This document shows, in pieces, positions 41,638-50,533 of a stretch of DNA of 64,000 nucleotides. Position 1 is the first letter of the stretch; every line of letters begins with the position of its first letter. Made by a program: the position numbers and the translations under genes. The DNA is from Chloropicon primus (Eukaryota): positions 434,001 to 498,000 of the forward strand of contig CP060755.1 of the NCBI GenBank assembly GCA_023205875.1, given 5' to 3'. Under the pieces are notes generated by a model. The model ran no database searches. It was not told where the DNA came from and was given only the letters and a program-made list of their open reading frames with translations.

Positions 41638-42890
41638 ATGGTGGGCGAGGTAGAGCGCACGGATTACGCGCCGCAGGGCACGATCATGGACGACCTTCGC
41701 GTCCTGAAAGCCATGTGGTTCGGGAATATTAAGGGTGGGAGCCACCAGGATCAGCTGGAGAGTTTCTACAACAAGCAGGTAAGGGGTGGGTTCGCCTTGG
41801 GGGGGGAGGGAGGAGAGGGAGCGGGTGGCTTCGTCGAGCCTGCTTCGCCCGCGGGGTCGACGTCGCCCTCGACCCCCCCCCCTTCGATTTCTGCCGCTTT
41901 CGCTCACGCGTCAGTACTGCCATCCTTTTTCGTTTCCATGCCAACGTGCTCCCGGTTGGCTTTGTTTGATCCTAGGCTCACCTGTATGATCAGTATCGGC
42001 ACAGAATGCTTCACGGCAGGAAGCCGCTGATGATGAAGATGCCGGTGCAGAAGGGTTGCGTTTGGGTGGATTTGGGTGGAGGCACCGCGAGCAACGTCGA
42101 GTTCTTCAGCAAGAGCGTGATGACGGACTGGTTCGACAAAGTGTATGTGGTCGACCTGACACCTAGCCTGGCCAAGGTCGCAAAGAAGCGCGTGGCGGAC
42201 AACAAGTGGGGTGGCAAGGTAAGCACGCGCGAGACTCTCGGTTTCTGGATCGGAAGGGAATCGAGGGAAAACCCAGCGGGAACGACACACTGAAACGGAC
42301 GTGCGCCAAAACTCTCTCCCTCTCTTTCCTCCTCTCTCATTTTCTGACGACGGGCGGGCGACCTGGTGCGCGCGTCACCAGGTGGAGATCATCCTCGGGG
42401 ACGCCACAGATCCAAAGCTCGAGGGCCTGCCGCCGTCAGGATCTTGCGATGTGGTCAGCATATCCTACGCGGTGACGATGATACCAAACTGGAAAGACGT
42501 TTTGCAGAACGCGTACAGGCTGCTGAAACCAGGTGGGCACATCTGTGTCTGTGACTTCACCCTGGATGCTGTAAGTCGGTCCCCCCCGCCCCCCTCGCCC
42601 CCTTCCGTGCTGCTTCTTTCCTCGCTGACGCCTTTGCTTCCATCGCAACTCTTCCCTCACGCACGCGCGCGTCTTGGGCCACCGGGTGACAGAAGAGTCA
42701 GTGGTCTGCCAGCAAGAAATTCTGGAAGTACCTCTTCAGCACGGATCACATCTACCTCAACGAGGAGCACATCACGACCTTGCAGACTATGTTCGAAGAG
42801 AAGCACCTGGAAGTCAGTTACGGCACGTTCCCTTACGTTCCACGTCTTCTCAAGTGCCCATACTATGCATTCATCGGGATGAAGAAGTAA
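41638..42890 (+). CDS. SAM-dependent methyltransferase, betaine-lipid synthase BtaB-like; exons 41638-41778, 41976-42218, 42382-42570, 42693-42890
   Basis: Spliced: DDLRVLKAMWFG..SHQDQLESFYNKQAHLYDQYRHRMLHGR, VWVDLGGGT, VYVVDLTPSL, SYAVTMIP, DFT, FPYVP..CPYY; three phase-0 GT-AG introns. Confidence 0.88.
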
Positions 42891-43083
42891 AGATCCACCA
42901 CGCATATAAACTGCTAATTATTTCTTTCTGTGAGTGGTGCGGTGCGTGAAAGAAACCACCAGAACCACGCTGGAGCCGGAGTCTTCCCTCTCTCCCCGGG
43001 CCTCCCCCTCCCCACCGGGATATGCTTCTTGACCCAAAATCCATCTTCTCCCTCTCCCGCCATTTTCGGAGGGCCGTTGCGCG

Positions 43084-44241
43084 ATGAGGGTGACGAAGGT
43101 GCTGCTGAGGGTGAAGGCGACGACGCGAGGGCGGGGGGGTGGCGTGGCGGTTGCTCGCGCCCAGGGCCAGAGCCCGGACCCCTCCCCCTCCTCCAGGGCA
43201 AGGGAACAGAAGCAGGGCGGCGACGATGCGGAGGACTCCTCTTACTTGCGAGAGAGGGAGAGGGAGAGGAGGATCGAGGAACGTTTTCGGAGCAAGGGGA
43301 GGGGTTACGAGGCGAACGGGTTCGGGGGTGGGGTGGAGGAGGAGGAAGAGGCGCAGGGGAGCGGGCTCTTGTACTTCGAGGAGAGGAAGTCCGAGGGGAA
43401 CGGGGCGTCTGCGCCGCTGGATCTTCTTCCCGAGCCCGAGGAGACTCGAGAGAGCTACAGCAGGCACTACAAGCTTCGCTCGAGCCCGGGGCCCAGCTCC
43501 TCCGGCGGCGCGTACGCGAGCATGCCCGATGAGCCCGTCTACGTGTCGAGGAGGGGCGGGAGGGGGAAGGGCGGGCGTGGCAGCGGCGGTGGGAGCAGGA
43601 ACGTGGGCGTGATCTCTGTCGCCTCGGTGGGCGGTTTGGTCTGCGCCTTGTCCCTGCTCTCCTACTCGGGGCAGCAGAGCTCCTACAGGACGATCGACAG
43701 CCAGCAGATCAGCATGTCGACCTTGCAGAGCGAGGTGGAGAAGGGCACGGACAAGTTGTTCGGCCACTGCAGGCACGAGGAGGCAGACAGGAACAAGTTG
43801 GTGAGCATCCAGGGTGCTTACAGGGTCGAGCTGCTGCGTCCCAGCGCAGCGAGGGCCTGGGAGGAGATGAGGGGGGACGCCAGGAGGGACGGGATCTCCC
43901 TGCACCTTGTGAGCGGGTTCAGGAGCGTCAAGCACCAAGAGGACTTGTACTTTGGGGTGAAGGCGGAGAGGGCCCAGTCCTCGAAGGAAAGAGCTAGGGT
44001 GTCGGCCCCTCCGGGGTTCAGTGAGCACCACACCGGGTACGCCTTGGACATTTGCGACGAGACTCTTACTCTCGACGAATCCTTTGCCTCAACGAGGGCG
44101 TACAGGTGGCTGCAGCGCAACGCCAGGGCCTACAATTTTGAGCTGAGTTTCCCAGAGAGCGGGGAGGTTGCTTTCGAGCCCTGGCACTGGAGGTTCGAGG
44201 GGGAAACCGAAGCGATAGAGCAGTTTTACGGCAGGAATTAA
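43084..44241 (+). CDS. D-alanyl-D-alanine carboxypeptidase, VanY/M15B family
   Basis: SGFRS, SAPPGFSEHHTGYALD (SxHxxGxAxD), EPWHWRF (ExxH); N-terminal transit-like peptide plus one hydrophobic segment. Confidence 0.92.
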   Translation: MRVTKVLLRVKATTRGRGGGVAVARAQGQSPDPSPSSRAREQKQGGDDAEDSSYLRERERERRIEERFRSKGRGYEANGFGGGVEEEEEAQGSGLLYFEERKSEGNGASAPLDLLPEPEETRESYSRHYKLRSSPGPSSSGGAYASMPDEPVYVSRRGGRGKGGRGSGGGSRNVGVISVASVGGLVCALSLLSYSGQQSSYRTIDSQQISMSTLQSEVEKGTDKLFGHCRHEEADRNKLVSIQGAYRVELLRPSAARAWEEMRGDARRDGISLHLVSGFRSVKHQEDLYFGVKAERAQSSKERARVSAPPGFSEHHTGYALDICDETLTLDESFASTRAYRWLQRNARAYNFELSFPESGEVAFEPWHWRFEGETEAIEQFYGRN

Positions 44242-44313
44242 TAGGCACAAATCAATAATTTACAGGTGGTGTGATTGTCTTTCGTGTACATTATTCAAAG
44301 CCCCGGTTTTTCG

Positions 44314-45585
44314 CTACCTGTTCGAAGCACGGAACTGCTTGATGATTGATGCCATGTCCACCATGAATTCTCCGATGAAGTTGAGCTGGTCTATGGGCTT
44401 ATTGTGCTCGGGGTGCTTGAGCTTTGACATCTCCTTGCACCTTAGGCTCAAGTTCTCCGTGGCCATGCACACCTGTCCATGCTGCAACCTCTTCTGAGAC
44501 TCCGCCTGCATCGCGTAGTCCTTCTTGGACTCCAAGGCGAAGCAGATCCTCTCCTTCTCTTCCAGGTCCTTCTTCTTGCGACTGATCTTGTTATTCAAGT
44601 TCAGGATCTCATCCGTCCTGGTCTTTGTATACGTCTGAAGCTCCGCACGCGTGGCCTCGTTGGTCTCGCTCGTCCCCTTTGCTTGCTGCCTCAGGTCACC
44701 GTTAGTCGCTTCGAGGGTGGCGAACCTCATCAGGAGGTCAGAGATCTCGTGGTACTGGTCAGCAATATCAAGCACCTGCTCGAGGTACTTTTGATACCTC
44801 ATGTTCTTCTCCACAACGCTCGACGTGGACTCCTTTTCTGCCTTCAGCTCGTCCAGGAGAGCCTTGAGGGAAACGATGTCACCCTCCTTGATCCCTCTCA
44901 GCCTTCTTTCATCTATTGCCTTCTTGTCGGCCCTGTTGCGCTTGGCATCAGTCTCCTGAAGGAACTTGGAGAACTTGATGAGGGACTCTTGAAGCTCTAA
45001 ATCCTTCTTCTTCAGGCCCTGCTCACGCTTCTTGAACCCATCCTCCTTCCTGCAAAGGCACAAGAGGGAAACGAAGACGCGGGGTGTCAGCCCAGGAGGG
45101 AGGGGATGCCACAATCCGGCAGGCCAAGACATCAATCAATGGGGCCCTTGCACCTCTTACCTGTTGAATTCCACTTTCTGCTGCTCCAGCGACTCCTGGA
45201 CGTCGAACATCTGCCGCCTCTTCTCCAGCAACCGAGTCGCAGGCGTGACGTGCTCCATGACAAGGGTGTGCTGCCCAATTCTTCGAGACAGCACAGGAGA
45301 CAAGGTGTGACAAGTGGCAAGGAAAAGTAGGTGTCAGACATTATGTACCCCAAGTTTGTTTTGGCACGAGAAAAGGTGGCCAAGAAGCGAGGATCCCGCA
45401 GCCTGTCCCATCCCCCGACCCCCCGTGCCACAAGCGCTTAGGTTTGGCCCCAAGCCAAACCATTCTAGCTATATATGTAGTCCTCGCCTCGCCTTTGTTT
45501 TTTTGTTGTCCCCCCCACCCCCAAAAAACACTTACTTTTTCTTGGCCGTCCGCATCATGGCGGAAGTATCCGAAGCGTCAACCAT
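44314..45585 (-). CDS. CFAP73: CFAP73/CCDC42-family flagellar coiled-coil protein (3 exons)
   Basis: Spliced TPATRLLEKRRQMFDVQESLEQQK..FNRKEDGFKKRE..LKKKDLELQESLIKFSKFLQETDAKR. Confidence 0.87.
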
Positions 45586-45844
45586 CTCTCTGCACAAACC
45601 CTTCCCCCCCTCTCTTCTCTTCTCCTCTTCCCCTCTCCTCTCCCTTGGCCCGCTCGTTCGCCTTGGTCTCGGTCCTCCTCGTACGACTGACTGGCCACCT
45701 CTCTCTCTCTCGCCTTTGACCGTTGGTGAAAAAAAAATCGAAAATGGAGAGGAGGAAAGGACTGGAACTGGACTGGACTGTATAACGGGGGAAAAGGGGT
45801 TAGAGGATGATATCGGATGAACTACAAAAGGTTGGTACGAGGGA

Positions 45845-48800
45845 TTACTCCTCCACGCCCTCGGGGATGGCCAAGGAAGCGAATGCAGCACCGGCGTCGA
45901 TTGCTCCAGCAACCTTGAGCCTTTCGAGGGCCTTTTCGCTTCCCACGGCTTGCAGCCAAACGGCGAAGGCCTTCCTCATGATGTAAATAGAGACCATGTT
46001 CGTGATCGGGCCTCCTTTCGTCTTCACCTTTTGCTCGATCTTGTTCAAAAGCTCCTCGTTCGCGTTCACGAGATCCGAAACTTTGGGCCGATTCGTTTCA
46101 TCCGCCCAGACCTGGGTAGGTAGTTGAGTGGGCACGAAGCTTGCTCGCCTGTTGAGGGCTTTGAACGCTTGCACCGAAGACGTCTCCCGTTTCTTCTTCT
46201 TCTTGATGCTCTGCAGCTCCTTCAGTTTTCTCGTGAGCAGCTTCATTTCCTCCAATTCTTTCACCAGGTCTCTGTTCTCGCTTTGCAGGGAGGAAAGATG
46301 TCTAAGAACGCAAGTGAATTCCTTGATGTCGCTTTCGACCTCCATCAGTTTGTCAAACTGCTTGTTGGTGATCTTGTCATAAATGATGGACAGCAAACCT
46401 TTGTACTTGACAAAATTGCCCTTCACTTTTTCCAATTCCTTCATGTCTGCTTTCAGCTCCTTGAGCTCCAACTCTTGATTCTCAGACCTCTCCTTCGCCT
46501 CGTCGAGCTGTTCCGTCCTCTTCTGAAGCCTCTCATTCTCGCTCCTCAAGATCCTGACCTCAGACTTTTGGGTGTCCACGGCGCTTTGCAACTTCGATAC
46601 GTTCCTTTCCATCTCGTCTAGCTGCGACAGCCGGCCAGCGATGTCACTGTCTTTCGCTTTCAGCTGGATCGCTCTCTTGTCGTTCATCGCAACGAGCCTG
46701 TCCCTCTCGCTCTTCAATTGATCGATCTCGTCGTTCTGGTTCTCGATCGTGGCCTCCAAATCTGCGTGGGCGCCCTCCAAATTTCCAAGATTCTGCAGCT
46801 TCTTGGCTTTCTTGTCGACTGCCTGCTGCAGCTTGTCCTTCTCAGCCTTTAGTGACCTGATCTCTTCTGTCTGGGCTTCCACCCTTCCTTCAAGTTTGGA
46901 AACCTGCAGCGCTTTCTCGGACACCTCGGCGTCCTTGTTCTGCACCTGAACTCCCCTTCTCTCAATGGTCTCCTTCAGTTTATCCTTGTCGCTCATCAGC
47001 GTCTTTATCTGATCCGACTGAGACTCGATCTTCTCCTGGTACTCGGCAAGCTTTCGGTGCAAGTCCTCCAGCTGGGAGGCCTTCTCGGACATGCCGGTAT
47101 CCCTGTCTTCCAACCTCTTCGCCTGCTTCTCCAGGCTCTGCTGAAGCTGCGCATTCGTTTCCTTCACAGCCTTGAGTTCTTCCTTCTGCGCCTCAGTTGC
47201 AGACTCCAGCCCGGCCTTTACCTTGTTCATCTCCTCGATCTTGACCTTTTTCTTCGCAAGGGACTGGTTCAGTGATTCCATTTCGTTGTTGAGCTCCACG
47301 TTGTTCTCGAGATAGCCATCAACAAGGGACTCGAGCTCACTCTTTTGCTGCTCAAGATCTGACAGCTTCGAGTTCTTCTTCGCTATGCTGTCTTGCAAGG
47401 CTTCCTTGTCCGCCTTGAGGCTGGAAATCTCCTCCTCGTAGACCATCGCATTGGTGATCAGTTCCATCTTGGCCTGCTCGACGTCCTGCAGCTTGTTGGA
47501 TCTCACGCTGACAGACTCGTGAAGAGCCTGTATCTCAGCTTTCAGTTCCCTTATTTCTGTAACGTAATTCTCCTTGTGGGCCTCCAATTCCGTGTTTTGC
47601 TGTCGAATTTCCTCCAACTTTGATTCCTTTTCTGCCAACGTGTCCTCGAAGGAAGATTTCGTGTTGGTCAGCTCCATGTTGTTCTCGACATACTTGTCGA
47701 GCTTCGCTTTTAGCTCTAGCTTCTCCTTGATCGTAGTTTGGAGCTCGTCGTAAACTTTCGTGTACCTTTCGTCCAGGTCTTGAACTTTCAGTTGCTCCTT
47801 CTCGATGTCCAAGTCATACGACATGTACTTGATGTTCAGTTCCTCTGCATGCCTCTTGCTTTTCGCGAGGTCGCTCAAGGCTGCCTCTAAATTCTCTTGC
47901 AAGTCGTTCGTCATCTCGTGCAGGAGAGTCGTTTCCTGGTTGTGCCCCGTTTGCTGCTCGTCCATCCTCTTCCTCAAGCCATCGCAGCTTTCTTCCAGGG
48001 TCTTGATCTCGTCCTCCTTGAGCTTCAAGATGTCACTCATTTCCTTGTTGCTCTTCTCCGAGGTCTGCACGAAATGCTCCGAGAGGTCCGTGTGCTTCTT
48101 GTACAGCATATCGTAAACCTTCTTCTGGCTCTGGATTTCCGTCTGAAGCTGCTCCAGCTCTTTCTCGTTCGCGTACTTGGCCCCCTTCAGCTCGTCAATG
48201 TTTTTGTTCGCCTTGGTGAGGGCCTCCCTGGCCTCATCGCCCGCCTCCCTCAAACTCTGAATCGTCTCGTCAGAATTCTTCGTCAAAATATCCAGCTGAA
48301 TCTGCCTGGCGTTGAGGGCCGCGTCCGCGTCATCCTTGACCTCCTGAAGCTTTGAGATCTCCTCCAAGATCACGGGAAGGACTTCGTTCAGCTTCCACCC
48401 TTCTTCCAACATTTTCTTCTCGGTGTCGTCGTCCCGCAGCATGGACAAAATCATGACGATGTTCTTCTCGTAGTAGTTCTTCAAAGACTTGAACTTCTCG
48501 TCGGTCTTGCTCTGCTGGGCGTACATCTTGTTTGCTATCGCTTTGAAAAAGTAAGTGATTTGCTCCCTGCAGACGTCTAGCTCGTTCTGCACGTTCGACT
48601 TTAAGTCCAAGTGAGCCAGGGAAAGCATTGAGATGTTCTTCGATACATTGGGCAAGAGGTTCCTGCTCGCTTCCATTGCTTGAAGGAACCCTTCCTGCTT
48701 CGACCGGATCGCGTCTTGCTTTGCATCAGACAGCTCCTTTTCAAGCTTGACTTGGTTTGCATCTCCCCTCTCCAAGGCCGCCGCGGCTTCCTTGAGCTCG

Positions 48801-49846
48801 TTGCAGGTTTTCTGCTCCCAATCGTACAGCCTGTTGCACTCCTTTTCCAGCTCTTGGATCCTGCCCTCGCTTTCCGTATACAAGCTCGTGTACTTTGTCA
48901 GCCACTTCCAAGTCACCACAGTTTGCAGGGACTTCTTCTTCCTGCTGTACAGGAGGATCAGCGTAACGACCCGCCACCTCTTGAAGTGCCCCCCGAGTTT
49001 TGCCATGTTTCTCCTCACCACAAAGTTCTTCTCCAACCCAGAGAGTCTGTACGTCCTGAAGGCCTCGTTTTGCCACTTGGCAAAGTAATGCTGCTTCATC
49101 TTCAGGTGCAGCCTCACCCTGTGGACGACGGACCTCCTGTCGTTTCTCGTCTTCCGCCTCACGTAACCAAGAACGTAGTCGCTCCAGGCCAAGAACACCT
49201 TCTTCTGTAGGCCCAAGCGCCACCTGAGAAGCCCAAGGCGGTTCATCGTCCTCAAGCCCTCAACCACCAAGAACCACGTCTTGAAGGACTCGTACTTCCT
49301 CCGTTTCACGTGGTAAACCAGCTCGTAGTACGTGCTCCCCTGAAGCTTATCCGCAAACTCGCTGACGAGAGGCGTCTGAAGCAGCCAAGACCGGAAGGCC
49401 AGTCCCATGGTCTCCTTCCCGCACCTTCTCTTCCAGCTCAGCAGCTTGCCCTCGGTGTGGAAGGTGCGCCACTGATCTTTCAGGGGCGTGGCAGAAGCCA
49501 CGTCCACAATGCTGCCCTCAGCTCCGTCCTGGCTTTCGCTTCTCTTCACCAACGCAAGCCTCGGGCCTGGCTGTTCCGGGTAGGGGAACCCTCCCAATGC
49601 GCCTCCCTCGAAGGCCGCGAGGCGGTCCGCACTCTCTGACTCTGCGACTGGGACCAGGCTCAAGCCCCTCGCGTCATCAGACGACGACTCCTGATTGCTT
49701 CCCTTGTCCCCGTTCTCGTCAACATTCAGCAAGCTTGGAAACAGCTCCTGGTACATCACCTCCGGGTTCTCGCTCTCTTTCTCCAGCAGCGCGGCCGCAG
49801 CAACCTTCCGCGTCTCTTGCAGCGGGTCCATGCTGTTCTGCGTCAT
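45845..49846 (-). CDS. Very large coiled-coil protein (>=1333 aa) with N-terminal Trp-periodic segment; further 5' exons possible
   Basis: 4-kb open frame; repeated F-x-x-W motifs followed by long heptad repeats. Confidence 0.82.
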   Translation of the reverse strand: MTQNSMDPLQETRKVAAAALLEKESENPEVMYQELFPSLLNVDENGDKGSNQESSSDDARGLSLVPVAESESADRLAAFEGGALGGFPYPEQPGPRLALVKRSESQDGAEGSIVDVASATPLKDQWRTFHTEGKLLSWKRRCGKETMGLAFRSWLLQTPLVSEFADKLQGSTYYELVYHVKRRKYESFKTWFLVVEGLRTMNRLGLLRWRLGLQKKVFLAWSDYVLGYVRRKTRNDRRSVVHRVRLHLKMKQHYFAKWQNEAFRTYRLSGLEKNFVVRRNMAKLGGHFKRWRVVTLILLYSRKKKSLQTVVTWKWLTKYTSLYTESEGRIQELEKECNRLYDWEQKTCNELKEAAAALERGDANQVKLEKELSDAKQDAIRSKQEGFLQAMEASRNLLPNVSKNISMLSLAHLDLKSNVQNELDVCREQITYFFKAIANKMYAQQSKTDEKFKSLKNYYEKNIVMILSMLRDDDTEKKMLEEGWKLNEVLPVILEEISKLQEVKDDADAALNARQIQLDILTKNSDETIQSLREAGDEAREALTKANKNIDELKGAKYANEKELEQLQTEIQSQKKVYDMLYKKHTDLSEHFVQTSEKSNKEMSDILKLKEDEIKTLEESCDGLRKRMDEQQTGHNQETTLLHEMTNDLQENLEAALSDLAKSKRHAEELNIKYMSYDLDIEKEQLKVQDLDERYTKVYDELQTTIKEKLELKAKLDKYVENNMELTNTKSSFEDTLAEKESKLEEIRQQNTELEAHKENYVTEIRELKAEIQALHESVSVRSNKLQDVEQAKMELITNAMVYEEEISSLKADKEALQDSIAKKNSKLSDLEQQKSELESLVDGYLENNVELNNEMESLNQSLAKKKVKIEEMNKVKAGLESATEAQKEELKAVKETNAQLQQSLEKQAKRLEDRDTGMSEKASQLEDLHRKLAEYQEKIESQSDQIKTLMSDKDKLKETIERRGVQVQNKDAEVSEKALQVSKLEGRVEAQTEEIRSLKAEKDKLQQAVDKKAKKLQNLGNLEGAHADLEATIENQNDEIDQLKSERDRLVAMNDKRAIQLKAKDSDIAGRLSQLDEMERNVSKLQSAVDTQKSEVRILRSENERLQKRTEQLDEAKERSENQELELKELKADMKELEKVKGNFVKYKGLLSIIYDKITNKQFDKLMEVESDIKEFTCVLRHLSSLQSENRDLVKELEEMKLLTRKLKELQSIKKKKKRETSSVQAFKALNRRASFVPTQLPTQVWADETNRPKVSDLVNANEELLNKIEQKVKTKGGPITNMVSIYIMRKAFAVWLQAVGSEKALERLKVAGAIDAGAAFASLAIPEGVEE

Positions 49847-50533
49847 GCCAAACTATATCTAGCCTAAATTCAAACTCGGCGCAATCAATTCAAAGCCAAC
49901 TCATCCCGTCCGCCGTTCGTCACCCCTCCCTCCTTCCTGGTGCCTTGCCATCCCACATTTTCCAAGCAAAGTGCGGTGGGTGGGTGGGTGGGTGGGGAAT
50001 AACGTTCCTTAGAGCTAGGAGCTCGGCAATCTCTCCCCTTTCACACCGCAAGCCGCTTCCTCTCCCTCTTCCACTCTCAAGCTGCTGCTCAAGCTGGCAA
50101 ATCCTCACCACAGCGTCGTTTTCTTCGAGGCAAGGCTCTTTCGGAAAGAAGAGTGGAATGATAATGATCTTGCGTCGTGTTTTGATCGACTCACGCCTCC
50201 TGGTACCCAGACGTCCTCCCTTGGCACACCTTGGTGTCCCTAATCCTCCCTCCTGGTTCGAGACCCTCCGTTCCCCTTGAAAACTTGTCCATGGGATCAA
50301 CGGACAACGACGAGGGATTCCTCTTCGGCGGAAACCGAGCGGACACTTCACTTTTGGGGACGGAAAGGCGACCGAGGAGGGAAAGGGAAGGGGAGGGGAG
50401 CGTTACGAGCAAAAGCCTTGTCTCGCGAGCTTTACGTCAACACCTCGCTTGACTCGTTTGGCCACCGGAGTGAAAAGTTGCAAGGGGTGGCGCTGCATTC
50501 AGGGAGAGGACCCTAGAGGGATTGGAGGGAAGG

